The notes beneath the pieces were generated by a model that made no database searches, was not told where the DNA came from, and saw nothing but the letters and a program-made list of their open reading frames with translations. Below, one piece after another: positions 52,305-62,812 of a stretch of DNA of 64,000 bases (position 1 is its first letter; the number at the start of each line of letters is the position of its first letter). Origin of the DNA: Centroscyllium fabricii. Its lineage: Eukaryota. The stretch spans positions 4,340,001 to 4,404,000 of the forward strand of contig JBNRSN020000023.1 in the NCBI GenBank assembly GCA_051313645.2, written 5' to 3'. A program made the translations under genes and the position numbers.

Positions 52305-53598
52305 CTTAACTCTTCCTGTAGCTCAGCAATAAATTCAAACTCCACTGTAACAACAACAACAACCTAACCTCTGTCCTCACAAGCTCCTGTATTTATACTA
52401 GTGGGACAGCCTGCATTTCAACAGGGTCTGGTATCATCAATGATGATTGACAATCCCTGGGAGCCAGTCAGGATCTTCCATGAATCCAGGCACCAATTAA
52501 CAAAGGAGAGGGGGAGGGGTTTGAGATACCAAGAGCCAATCAGAGCTTTGGAATACAGAGGTTTGGATGATGATTTTATGATGTCATTGCTGTTGGATTC
52601 TTTAATTTTGCTCAAATTGATCGGAAAGTCCCTCTTCTCTTTAGGTTAATACTTTGCCAAGAGCTGGGCAGCTGAGAGGAGGTCTTTTTGCAGTGGAGAA
52701 GGGAGAGGAGAAGTCTGTGTTTTGCTGCAGCAGTGAGCCTTTGGAGTGCCAGAGGAGAGACTGGGAGACCAGAAGGAACAACAGGGAAGCTATTCCAGCA
52801 CTGCTTTCCCCAACTGGACTCCACTACAGGAGGGAGAGAGAGAGAAGAGGAAAAAGAACAACCTACATCTGTTCAGAAAGAGGGAGAGTCATTGGAAACA
52901 TCGACAGGTTGGTGTAAAGGTGCACTCTCACAGAGACTTTGTGTTAAAGGTTTTGTGTTTAAGTGGGGAGAGGAAAGAAGAGGGTGACAGAACATCTAGG
53001 GGTGTGTGTGAGTGTGTGTGGTTTATGCAACAACTAGGCCCCACACACCACTAAAAGCACCCCTTCTATTGCCTGGCCTGGGACAGCTGGAGCTGCCTAG
53101 GTGAAGTCTCTTTGATTAATTAAACATCGTTAAGACCTGGTGAGAAGGACTGAGCCTGGGCTTCTCCAGCTGTTCCAGGTGAAGACATCTTCTCCCCCCA
53201 CCAGAAGACCATCATCAACATCTACAGACTTTGTAAATTTCCAGCGGAGGGTGCACCCCCACCTGTCAACACCCACCCACCCATCCATCCTGAGTGGTGA
53301 CCCAACTCTTGTGGTCTCCCTCCTTCCCACCACCCCTCTCTCTCTCTCTCTCTCTCTCTCTGCCTCTTTCCCTAGAGGCACCTCAAGCATATTATTTCTT
53401 TCATTTTTCTCTATTGCCAATTGAGCAGAGGGGAGAAGGCCCCTCCCCCTTCTGTCATCAAGGGGAGGGGTGTGTCTTTATTTAATCACTCCCCACCCCC
53501 CTCTGCTCAAGAGGAAAATCAAAACCTGAGGCCATTCTTCATCTTAAGGCCTGTGACTTGGGGTGAGCGTGGCTCCAAAAACCCCCCCACCTGGTAGC

Positions 53599-55743
53599 AT
53601 GGCGACACCATCTTCGCCGGTGGCGGGGACATCGGGAACGTATGCGGCCGTGGCATCCGCTGCCAAGACCACGGCTGCTCCTGATGCCCCGTCACCATTC
53701 CGGCTGCTGACAAGGAAGCTGGGGGTGAGGAGCTACGCTCACCCATCTATGACAATAGAGGCATGCGTCAAGGCCATGGCTGGGGTGGTCGGCCCCTCAG
53801 CCATCGTCGCGGCCTCTAAAATGTACGGGAAGGCTGTGTTCTTCCTCAAATCCGAGCGGGCGGCGGCCCTGGCCATTGAACAAGGGCTCACCGTGGGCGG
53901 CACCTTCCTGACGGTGGACCCTCTTGAGGCCGCCGGGCAGAGGGTGGTCCTATCAAACATCCCGCCCTATATTCCCGGTGAGCTCCTCCTCCCCCACCTA
54001 CGCAAACTTGGGGAGGTGAGGTCAGGGATATCGCCCATCCCGCTCGGGTTCCGGGAGGCCAGCCTTCGCCACGTCTTCTCCTTCCGGCGTCAGCTGTTTA
54101 TGCAGCTGGCGCGGGAGGAGGACACTGATGGCGCGTTCCTCGTGCTGCACCAGGGGACCGCCTACCGCGTCTTCTGGACGACGGACGGCGTGCGGTGCCA
54201 TTTCTGTAAGGAGGTGGGGCATATCAGAAAGAACTGCCCCGCCTCCAAGGCCGCCAATAATAGTGCGGCCAAAAAGGGCACCGGCGCCACTCCTCCCCCA
54301 GAGTCAGACCGCGCGTCTCGGAAGTCGGGCGCGCGGGAGTTGCCGGAGGCCAATGTCATCACGGCCTCCGGCGGGGGGGAGCAAACGTGTCCACACACAA
54401 AGAGGGCGCGGATTAAATCAAAACAAAGGAGGGAGGGTCCCCTGGTTGGGGATGCCCAACTGTCAGACCTGCCAGATATAACACCCGAGTACCTCGAAAA
54501 TGGGCAGGTTCAAGATGGGAGCAAGGAGGGCCCCGAGTCTGAGCCTGCGGCCGCCACTGCTACGGCAGAAAATTTAACATCTGCGGCAGGGCTCGGAAAA
54601 GAGGGGCCCGAAATAACTATTCAGCCGGGGGGAACGGAGGAGGGGGTGGCCTTAGGAGAGATGGAGGTCGCCCCCCCTCAGGGTCCCCTCAGCGGAAAAA
54701 GGAAGCACGACTTCGACTCCCAGGATCAGCAGGGGGGCCGTGATCATGAGGGCGGTCCCCCCGAGGGAGCGGAGTCGTCATGCTCCGCGCCCCCTCCCAA
54801 AATCATTATAGTCGCCAAAGACGGGCAGGAGTCGCCTGTCTTGCGGGAGAGTGGGGCGGAGGAGATTGTCCTGCCCGCGGCTCCCGGGGATGGGGATCTG
54901 GCCCTGCCCGCGGGAGGGGACGCGGATCAACCTGAACAACATGTAGACCCTCAGGGGGAAAAAAAAAGTTGCCTCGGTGGGTCGAGCGTGCTGGAGGAGG
55001 GCGAGGTCGAAGGGTTAGACCCCGCCCAAGACACAACCATGACTATCCAGCATATACTCAGCTTCATCGAGGATTGTGGCCAGGGTAACCTACAGGCTGG
55101 GTCAGTGGTTGGTGGCGGGGAGGGTGACGGCTCACTCACCCCTCCCTCGACATTGGCGTCGGACGCACAGGAGAGCGTGGAATTTGAATATATCCCCGTC
55201 TCTCCGTGCTCTCTGGCGCCTGAGGAGGAGGGGAGCCCCGAGCTGCTGCCTTCCTCTGGCCTGGCACCCCGGGTGGAGCCCAGGGAGGACTCCTCTGCCA
55301 TCGATCCTGGGGGTGGGATCGAGACAGAGGCAGGGTCGGACGGTGCAGCCGGGCCGTCAGTCGCGTTCTGCGCGGCTGATGGAGTGGACGCCGGTGGTAA
55401 CCTTCCGGAGGGGGACGGGGACTCGGAGTGGGACGAGGAGCTGGAGTCCATCGCCGATGAGGCGGCGGACGACCCCGAGCCCTCCGCTGAGTCTCCTCTC
55501 GTCCTCGTGGCGGAGCTCCGGAAATTTATGGCCACGCACCCGGGTCGCAAAAAAATGGTCCATAAGGCCATCGAAAAGTGGCCGGAGCTGGCGCCGCTCA
55601 TTTCGTCCGTTCGCGGCGCCATTAAAACCTTGGCCGCGGACAAAGGTGACAATGACATCGAGCTGCGCCGGCTCCAAAAGTTCCTCACTGGGCTGCGGAG
55701 GAAGAGGCGTGAGTCCAAGGACTGCGCTCCTTCCTCCCGATAG
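53599..55743 (+). CDS. Tx1 ORF1 (nucleic-acid-binding, CCHC zinc knuckle), ~714 aa
   Basis: First ATG at 53599 (MATPSSPVAG); AIVAASKM, LSNIPP, LRHVFSFRRQ, CHFCKEVGHIRKNC; long acidic low-complexity linker. Confidence 0.92.
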   Translation: MATPSSPVAGTSGTYAAVASAAKTTAAPDAPSPFRLLTRKLGVRSYAHPSMTIEACVKAMAGVVGPSAIVAASKMYGKAVFFLKSERAAALAIEQGLTVGGTFLTVDPLEAAGQRVVLSNIPPYIPGELLLPHLRKLGEVRSGISPIPLGFREASLRHVFSFRRQLFMQLAREEDTDGAFLVLHQGTAYRVFWTTDGVRCHFCKEVGHIRKNCPASKAANNSAAKKGTGATPPPESDRASRKSGARELPEANVITASGGGEQTCPHTKRARIKSKQRREGPLVGDAQLSDLPDITPEYLENGQVQDGSKEGPESEPAAATATAENLTSAAGLGKEGPEITIQPGGTEEGVALGEMEVAPPQGPLSGKRKHDFDSQDQQGGRDHEGGPPEGAESSCSAPPPKIIIVAKDGQESPVLRESGAEEIVLPAAPGDGDLALPAGGDADQPEQHVDPQGEKKSCLGGSSVLEEGEVEGLDPAQDTTMTIQHILSFIEDCGQGNLQAGSVVGGGEGDGSLTPPSTLASDAQESVEFEYIPVSPCSLAPEEEGSPELLPSSGLAPRVEPREDSSAIDPGGGIETEAGSDGAAGPSVAFCAADGVDAGGNLPEGDGDSEWDEELESIADEAADDPEPSAESPLVLVAELRKFMATHPGRKKMVHKAIEKWPELAPLISSVRGAIKTLAADKGDNDIELRRLQKFLTGLRRKRRESKDCAPSSR

Positions 55744-55768
55744 AGAAAATTAGTATTGTGCTACTGAC

Positions 55769-58700
55769 ATGAAGATAACCATAGCTAGCCTCAACATCAA
55801 CGGCAGCAGGGAGGCACGCCGTAGATTTAACAATTTCTCGGTCCTTCGGGACGGGAAGTATGCGGTGTGCTTCCTGCAAGAAACCCACACCGTTCCGGGA
55901 GACGAGGCCACGTGGCTCCTGGAGTGGCAAGGAGGGGTCAGCATGAGTCACCTCTCCAATTTGTCCAGCGGGGTGGCTATCTTGCTGGCCCCACATTTTC
56001 AGCCGGAGATCTTGAGGGTCAAGGAGCACGTGCCGGGCCGCTTGCTCCAGGTCACTGTTCGTCACGGGGGCGTGCCGCTCCATCTTGTGAACATGTACGC
56101 CCCTAAGTTCGGTGCGCAGCAAGTTGGCTTCTTTGAAGAAGTGTCCGCTCTTCTGAGCTCTATCGATGGCGGAGAGTGCATCATCCTCGGGGGGGATTTC
56201 AATTGTACCCTCGAGGCGAGGGACCATTCGGGTCGCCCGGACAGCTCGGCATCGGCAGAGAAGTTGAGGGACCTGGTCGGGTCCTTCGACTTGGTGGACG
56301 TCTGGCGAAATCTCCATCCCGACTCGAGCGCCTTCACCTATGTGAGGTCTGGAGGAGGAGGCTCCCGAATCGACCGCCTCTACATTTCTCGGGCGTACGT
56401 CTCCTGTGTTCGGGCGGCTTCCATGCGGCCGGTGCCGTGCACGGACCACCACCTGGTGTGGACAGAGCTCACTCTGTTGCGCGCGCGGGGGGGGTCCGCG
56501 TACTGGCATTTTAACAACCTGCTGCTGGAGGACGCGCGATTCCGGGATTCGTTCCGTCGGTTCTGGGCCGACTGGAGAAGGAAGCAGGGGGGCTTCCCCT
56601 CCTTGAGGCTATGGTGGGACGTGGGCAAGGCTCACGTCCGTCTCTTCTGTCAGGAGTACGCGAGGGGGTCGACCAAGGGGCGGAAAGCTCAGGTCGAGCG
56701 ATTAGAGAAGGAAGTGCTCGACCTAGAGTCCGGCCTTGGTCAGGTCGTCGGGGACCCGGCCCTGCGGACAGTGTACGAAGAAAAGAAGGCCGCGCTGAAG
56801 GACCTGCAGCTCGTCGGGTCCCGAGGCGCGTTCGTGAGGTCGCGTATCCAGTTCCTGCGGGATCTGGACCGCGGCTCCCCCTTCTTCTACTCGCTGGAAA
56901 AAAGGCGAGGGGTCCGTAAGCAGCTCTTGATGCTGCTGGCCGACGACGGATCTCTGGTCTCGGATCCGGAGGGGATCAGTGCGGAGACCCGGTCCTTTTA
57001 CGGGTCTCTGTTCTCTCCGGATCCGTCCAGCGAGGATGCACGTAGAGTTTTGTGGGAGGACCTGCCAAGGGTCAGTCCGGAGGGCGCCGAACAATTGGAC
57101 GCTCCGCTAAGTCAGGCGGAGCTGACCGGCGCCCTCGGCAAGCTCTCGAGGGGAAAGTCCCCGGGGCTGGACGGGCTGACCGTGGAGTTCCACAGGGCGT
57201 TCTGGGACGTCCTGGGGGGCGATTACCAGCGGGTCCTGGGGGAAAGTATGGCGACCGGGGAGATGCCCCTCTCGTGGCGCAGGGCCGTCATTGTCCTGCT
57301 GCCAAAGAGGGGTGATCTCCGCCTCCTTAAAAACTGGCGCCCGGTCTCCCTCCTCAGCACGGATTACAAAATTTTTGCCAGGGCCATGTCTGCCCGCCTT
57401 GGCACCGTGCTGGCCCACATGATCCATCCCGACCAGTCCTACACGGTCCCGGGCCGGTCAATCCACGACAACGTCCATCTGGTCCGGGACCTGCTCCACC
57501 ATTCCCAGAGGGCTGGCATGTCGGTCGCCTTCCTTTCCCTGGACCAGGAGAAGGCGTTCGACAGGGTGGATCACGAGTACCTTTTCGGGACTCTGCGCGC
57601 ATTCGGGTTCGGGACGCATTTCGTCGCCCGGATCCGACTTTTGTACGCTGCCGCAGAGTGTCTGATTAAAGTTAACGGGTCTTTGACGGCGCCCCTTCGC
57701 TTTGGGAGGGGGGTACGTCAGGGATGCCCCATGTCCGGTCAGTTATATGCCATTTGCGTGGAGCCTTTCCTGCGCCTCTTGCGGAAGAGGTTGACGGGAC
57801 TGGCTCTGCAAGGGCCGGGCGTGGAGGTTGTCCTCTCGGCTTACGCCGATGACGTGCTCCTCATGGTCACGGACCCCGCTGACCTGCGGAGGATGCGAGA
57901 ATGCCAGCAGATTTACTCGGACGCATCCTCCGCCAGGATCAACTGGGAGAAATGTTCCGGACTCCTGGTGGGGCAGTGGCAGGTGGACTCCCTGCCGGAG
58001 GAGTTCAGGCCTTTCGCCTGGAGCACCACGCACCTCCTCTACTTGGGAGTCCACCTCAGCCCAGCCGAGGAAGCCTGGCCGGCGAACTGGCAAGAGCTGG
58101 AGGCCAAAGTCACCGTTCGCCTAGGGCGCTGGACAGGACTGCTCCGAGTGTTGTCCTACAGGGGTCGAGCGCTAGTCATAAACCAGCTGGTGGCCGCCAT
58201 GTTGTGGTACCGGTTGGTCACTTTGATCCCTCCCCCTGGTTTTGTCGCCAGGATACAGAGGAAGCTCATCGACTTCTTCTGGGACAAAAGGAAGCACTGG
58301 GTCTCTGCCGCGGTTCTGTGTCTCCCGCTTGGGGAGGGCGGTCAGGCGCTGGTGTGCCTCCGCACCCAGGCGGCGACTTTCCGTCTACAGACGCTGCAGA
58401 GATACCTGTACGTTGAGGATCCTCCTAGATGGTGTGCGATGGCGACGTATTTCTTCCGCCAGTTGCATGGCCTCAACTATGACACGCAGCTCCTGTTTGT
58501 GAGAGTGGGCGCTACACGTGCCAGCTTTCGGGAGCTGCCTGTCTTTTACCAGGAACTGCTATGGGTTTGGAACAGCGTCGCCTCCAGGCGCACCTCTCTT
58601 CCGTCAGGAGTGGCGGCTCTCCTTCGAGAGCCGCTGCTCAGGAATCCGCACCTCCGCGACCGAGGGTTCGGGTGGCTGACGGAACACAGAGCTGTGCGTG

Positions 58701-59668
58701 GCAGGGTGACTATAGTCAGGGACCTGCTTGATGGCGGAGGAGCGGGCTGGATGGCGCCAGAGGAGCTGGCGCAGCGTCTGGGCCATGATAATGGCCGGCT
58801 CGCGGCCAAAGCCATCGAGTCGCTGAAAGTGGCGTTGGGCCCTGGCTACACAAAGAAAATTGAGGCGGCTCAAAGAAGTGGGGTGCTCCCGTCCGAGCTG
58901 ACCCCCGTTCGGACGGAATTCCTCATCGGCGCCCGGCCCCAAAACCCCTCTCGGGGACCGGCGCCTCACAACTTGAGCCGTCTCGGTGAGATGCCCTCCG
59001 TGCCTTTTGACACCGCACGGAGGCGTTTCCTGTACGGGCTGCTCCTGCACACTCTCCACTTTGTCATCTTCGCCTGCCGCCCGGACACGCCCTGGCGTGC
59101 CATCTTGCCGTCCGGCGGAGGCGGAGGTCCCCAATGGGGGGCTCTCTATGCGGGAGTCTTCCCCTGTTATATCGGGGACTTGGCCTGGAGAGTGTTGCAC
59201 GGAGTAGCCCCGTGCAACAAAATTTTAAGTCGGTTCACGGACTCCCAGGCCACCTGTCATTTCTGCGGCCTGGAAGAGTCCGTGTTCCATGTTTATGTGG
59301 AATGTGGGAGGTTGCAGCCCCTTTATCATTACTTGAAGGGGCTGCTCCTCAAATTTTGGCTGCACTTCAGTCCCACGCTCCTGATCTACGGCCATCCGGT
59401 GCGGAGGGGAGCGGGCAGGTTGGAGGATCTCCTCGTCGGTCTGCTCCTGGGACTTGCCAAAAGGTCCATCTACTCGTCCAGGCAGCGGGCCGTTGAGGGG
59501 GCCATCCAGCCAGATTGCCTGCCTCTCTTTCGCGGCCAGGTTCGCGCCCGGGTGGCCCTGGAGATGGAGCACGCGGTGTCCGACGGTACGCTTGAGGCTT
59601 TTCGCGACCGTTGGGCGCCGGGGGGACTGGAGTGCATCGTCACCCCGGTCAACCAAATTTTAATTTAA
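55769..59668 (+). CDS. Tx1 ORF2 (APE-RT-CCHC), 1299 aa, intact
   Basis: Same APE/RT/zinc motifs as 20058-23957 and co-linear with it. Confidence 0.96.
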   Translation: MKITIASLNINGSREARRRFNNFSVLRDGKYAVCFLQETHTVPGDEATWLLEWQGGVSMSHLSNLSSGVAILLAPHFQPEILRVKEHVPGRLLQVTVRHGGVPLHLVNMYAPKFGAQQVGFFEEVSALLSSIDGGECIILGGDFNCTLEARDHSGRPDSSASAEKLRDLVGSFDLVDVWRNLHPDSSAFTYVRSGGGGSRIDRLYISRAYVSCVRAASMRPVPCTDHHLVWTELTLLRARGGSAYWHFNNLLLEDARFRDSFRRFWADWRRKQGGFPSLRLWWDVGKAHVRLFCQEYARGSTKGRKAQVERLEKEVLDLESGLGQVVGDPALRTVYEEKKAALKDLQLVGSRGAFVRSRIQFLRDLDRGSPFFYSLEKRRGVRKQLLMLLADDGSLVSDPEGISAETRSFYGSLFSPDPSSEDARRVLWEDLPRVSPEGAEQLDAPLSQAELTGALGKLSRGKSPGLDGLTVEFHRAFWDVLGGDYQRVLGESMATGEMPLSWRRAVIVLLPKRGDLRLLKNWRPVSLLSTDYKIFARAMSARLGTVLAHMIHPDQSYTVPGRSIHDNVHLVRDLLHHSQRAGMSVAFLSLDQEKAFDRVDHEYLFGTLRAFGFGTHFVARIRLLYAAAECLIKVNGSLTAPLRFGRGVRQGCPMSGQLYAICVEPFLRLLRKRLTGLALQGPGVEVVLSAYADDVLLMVTDPADLRRMRECQQIYSDASSARINWEKCSGLLVGQWQVDSLPEEFRPFAWSTTHLLYLGVHLSPAEEAWPANWQELEAKVTVRLGRWTGLLRVLSYRGRALVINQLVAAMLWYRLVTLIPPPGFVARIQRKLIDFFWDKRKHWVSAAVLCLPLGEGGQALVCLRTQAATFRLQTLQRYLYVEDPPRWCAMATYFFRQLHGLNYDTQLLFVRVGATRASFRELPVFYQELLWVWNSVASRRTSLPSGVAALLREPLLRNPHLRDRGFGWLTEHRAVRGRVTIVRDLLDGGGAGWMAPEELAQRLGHDNGRLAAKAIESLKVALGPGYTKKIEAAQRSGVLPSELTPVRTEFLIGARPQNPSRGPAPHNLSRLGEMPSVPFDTARRRFLYGLLLHTLHFVIFACRPDTPWRAILPSGGGGGPQWGALYAGVFPCYIGDLAWRVLHGVAPCNKILSRFTDSQATCHFCGLEESVFHVYVECGRLQPLYHYLKGLLLKFWLHFSPTLLIYGHPVRRGAGRLEDLLVGLLLGLAKRSIYSSRQRAVEGAIQPDCLPLFRGQVRARVALEMEHAVSDGTLEAFRDRWAPGGLECIVTPVNQILI

Positions 59669-60374
59669 TTTGCTAAGGGTTAATTGGATTTTTGTTTACA
59701 GATAAACTATATAACGGTGCATCAAAAGAGGAGAGGAGGTCTTTTTGCAGTGGAGAAGGGAGAGGAGAAGTCTGTGTTTTGCTGCAGCAGTGAGCCTTTT
59801 GGAGTGCCAGAGGAGAGACCAGAAGGAACAACAGGGAAGCTATTCCAGCACTGCTTCCCCAACTGGACTCCACTACAGGAGGGAGAGAGAGAGAGAAGAG
59901 GAAAAGAGCAACCTACATCTGTTCAGAAAGAGGGAGAGTCATTGGAAACATCGACAGGTTGGTGTAAAGGTGCACTCTCACAGAGACTTTGTGTTAAAGG
60001 TTTTGTGTTTAAGTGGGGAGAGGAAAGAAGAGGGTGACAGAACATCTAGGGGTGTGTGTGAGTGTGTGTGGCTTTGCTAAAACTAGGCCACGCACACCAC
60101 TAAAAGCACCCCTTCTATTGCCTGGCCTGGGACAGCTGGAGCTGCCTAGGTGAAGTCTCTTTGATTAATTAAACATCGTTAAGACCTGGTGAGAAGGACT
60201 GAGCCTGGGCTTCTCCAGCTGTTCCAGGTGAAGACATCTTCTCCCCCCACCAGAAGACCATCATCAACAGACTTTGTAAATTTCCAGCGGAGGGTGCACC
60301 CCCACCTGTCAACACCCACCCACCCATCCATCCTGAGTGGTGACCCAACTCTTGTGGTCTCCCACCTTCCCACC

Positions 60375-60410
<36 letters not shown>

Positions 60411-60642
60411 CTTTCCCTAGAGGCACCTCAACCATATTATTTCTTTCATTTTCTCTATTTCCAATTGAGCAGAGGGGAGAAGGCCCCTCCCCCTTCTGTC
60501 ATCAAGGGGAGGGGTGTGTCTTTATTTAATCACTCCCCACCCCACTCTGCTCAAGAGGAAAATCAAAACCTGAGGCCATTCTTCATCTTAAGGCCTGTGA
60601 CTTGGGGTGAGCGTGGCTCCAAAAACCCCCCCACCTGGTAGC

Positions 60643-62787
60643 ATGGCGACACCATCTTCGCCGGTGGCGGGGACATCGGGAACGTATGCGGCCGTGGCAT
60701 CCGCTGCCAAGACCACGGCTGCCCCTGATGCCCCGTCACCATTCCGGCTGCTGACAAGGAAGCTGGGGGTGAGGAGCTACGCTCACCCATCTATGACAAT
60801 AGAGGCATGCGTCAAGGCCATGGCTGGGGTGGTCGGCCCCTCAGCCATCGTCGCGGCCTCTAAAATGTACGGGAAGGCTGTGTTCTTCCTCAAATCCGAG
60901 CGGGCGGCGGCCCTGGCCATTGAACAGGGGCTCACCGTGGGCGGCACCTTCCTGACGGTGGACCCTCTTGAGGCCGCCGGGCAGAGGGTGGTCCTATCAA
61001 ACATCCCGCCCTATATTCCCGGTGAGCTCCTCCTCCCCCACCTACGCAAACTTGGGGAGGTGAGGTCAGGGATATCGCCCATCCCGCTCGGGTTCCGGGA
61101 GGCCAGCCTTCGCCACGTCTTCTCCTTCCGGCGTCAGCTGTTCATGCAGCTGGCGCGGGAGGAGGACACTGATGGCGCGTTCCTCGTGCTGCACCAGGGG
61201 ACCGCCTACCGCGTCTTCTGGACGACGGACGGCGTGCGGTGCCATTTCTGTAAGGAGGTGGGGCATATCAGAAAGAACTGCCCCGCCTCCAAGGCCGCCA
61301 ATAATAGTGCGGCCAAAAAGGGCACCGGCGCCACTCCTCCCCCAGAGTCAGACCGCGCGTCTCGGAAGTCGGGCGCGCGGGAGTTGCCGGAGGCCAATGT
61401 CATCACGGCCTCCGGCGGGGGGGAGCAAACGTGTCCGCACACAAAGAGGGCGCGGATTAAATCAAAACAAAGGAGGGAGGGTCCCCTGGTTGGGGATGCC
61501 CAACTGTCAGACCTGCCAGATATAACACCCGAGTACCTCGAAAATGGGCAGGTTCAAGAGGGGAGCAAGGAGGGCCCCGAGTCTGAGCCTGCGGCCGCCA
61601 CTGCTACGGCAGAAAATTTAACATCTGCGGCAGGGCTCGGAAAAGAGGGGCCCGAAATAACTATTCAGCCGGGGGGAACGGAGGAGGGGGTGGCCTTAGG
61701 AGAGATGGAGGTCGCCCCCCCTCAGGGTCCCCTCAGCGGAAAAAGGAAGCACGACTTCGACTCCCAGGATCAGCAGGGGGGCCGTGATCATGAGGGCGGT
61801 CCCCCCGAGGGAGCGGAGTCGTCGTGCTCCGCGCCCCCTCCCAAAATCATTATAGTCGCCAAAGACGGGCAGGAGTCGCCTGTCTTACGGGAGAGTGGGG
61901 CGGAGGAGATTGTCCTGCCCGCGTCTCCCGGGGATGGGGATCTGGCCCTGCCCGCGGGAGGGGACGCGGATCAACCTGAGCAACATGTAGACCCTCAGGG
62001 GGGAAAAAAAAGTTGCCTCGGTGGGTCGAGCGTGCTGGAGGAGGGCGAGGTCGAAGGGTTAGACCCCGCCCAAGACACAACCATGACTATCCAGCATATA
62101 CTCAGCTTCATCGAGGATTGTGGCCAGGGTAACCTACAGGCTGGGTCAGTGGTTGGTGGCGGGGAGGGTGACGGCTCACTCACCCCTCCCTCGACATTGG
62201 CGTCGGACGCACAGGAGAGCGTGGAATTTGAATATATCCCCGTCTCTCCGTGCTCTCTGGCGCCTGAGGAGGAGGGGAGCCCCGAGCTGCTGCCTTCCTC
62301 TGGCCTGGCACCCCGGGTGGAGCCCAGGGAGGACTCCTCTGCCATCGATCCTGGGGGTGGGATCGAGACAGAGGCAGGGTCGGACGGTGCAGCCGGGCCG
62401 TCAGTCGCGTTCTGCGCGGCTGATGGAGTGGACGCCGGTGGTAACCTTCCGGAGGGGGACGGGGACTCGGAGTGGGACGAGGAGCTGGAGTCCATCGCTG
62501 ATGAGGCGGCGGACGACCCCGAGCCCTCCGCTGAGTCTCCTCTCGTCCTCGTGGCGGAGCTCCGGAAATTTATGGCCACGCACCCGGGTCGCAAAAAAAT
62601 GGTCCATAAGGCCATCGAAAAGTGGCCGGAGCTGGCGCCGCTCATTTCGTCCGTTCGCGGCGCCATTAAAACCTTGGCCGCGGACAAAGGTGACAATGAC
62701 ATCGAGCTGCGCCGGCTCCAAAAGTTCCTCACTGGGCTGCGGAGGAAGAGGCGTGAGTCCAAGGACTGCGCTCCTTCCTCCCGATAG
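60643..62787 (+). CDS. Tx1 ORF1, second tandem copy
   Basis: Only ~3 aa differences from 53599-55743. Confidence 0.92.
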   Translation: MATPSSPVAGTSGTYAAVASAAKTTAAPDAPSPFRLLTRKLGVRSYAHPSMTIEACVKAMAGVVGPSAIVAASKMYGKAVFFLKSERAAALAIEQGLTVGGTFLTVDPLEAAGQRVVLSNIPPYIPGELLLPHLRKLGEVRSGISPIPLGFREASLRHVFSFRRQLFMQLAREEDTDGAFLVLHQGTAYRVFWTTDGVRCHFCKEVGHIRKNCPASKAANNSAAKKGTGATPPPESDRASRKSGARELPEANVITASGGGEQTCPHTKRARIKSKQRREGPLVGDAQLSDLPDITPEYLENGQVQEGSKEGPESEPAAATATAENLTSAAGLGKEGPEITIQPGGTEEGVALGEMEVAPPQGPLSGKRKHDFDSQDQQGGRDHEGGPPEGAESSCSAPPPKIIIVAKDGQESPVLRESGAEEIVLPASPGDGDLALPAGGDADQPEQHVDPQGGKKSCLGGSSVLEEGEVEGLDPAQDTTMTIQHILSFIEDCGQGNLQAGSVVGGGEGDGSLTPPSTLASDAQESVEFEYIPVSPCSLAPEEEGSPELLPSSGLAPRVEPREDSSAIDPGGGIETEAGSDGAAGPSVAFCAADGVDAGGNLPEGDGDSEWDEELESIADEAADDPEPSAESPLVLVAELRKFMATHPGRKKMVHKAIEKWPELAPLISSVRGAIKTLAADKGDNDIELRRLQKFLTGLRRKRRESKDCAPSSR

Positions 62788-62812
62788 AGAAAATTAGTAT
62801 TGTGCTACTGAC

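Larger units (their letters stand above)
52661..59730 (+). mobile_element. Full-length intact Tx1-clade retrotransposon, head-to-head with ferritin copy 6
   Basis: Starts ~360 bp upstream of the copy 6 ATG; 5' UTR, ORF1, ORF2 and ~60-bp 3' UTR ending CAAAAGAG. Confidence 0.93.

Noticed and set aside
52680-52745. CAGTGG/CAGTGA motifs near the Tx1 5' end as IREs, or as homology to the ferritin leader (AGGTTGT...CAGTGGAG)
   Set aside because: No proper 5-bp upper stem closes the loop, and the similarity is too short to distinguish from chance.
53336-53362. (CT)n tract as a Kibi-type microsatellite target site
   Set aside because: It lies inside the 5' UTR of each element (a shorter one at ~26256), not at an insertion junction.
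54951-56509. Long antisense or alternate-frame ORFs (255 aa, 274 aa and similar) over the Tx1 and Gypsy elements
   Set aside because: Shadow ORFs expected from GC-rich, stop-poor coding sequence; no recognisable motifs.
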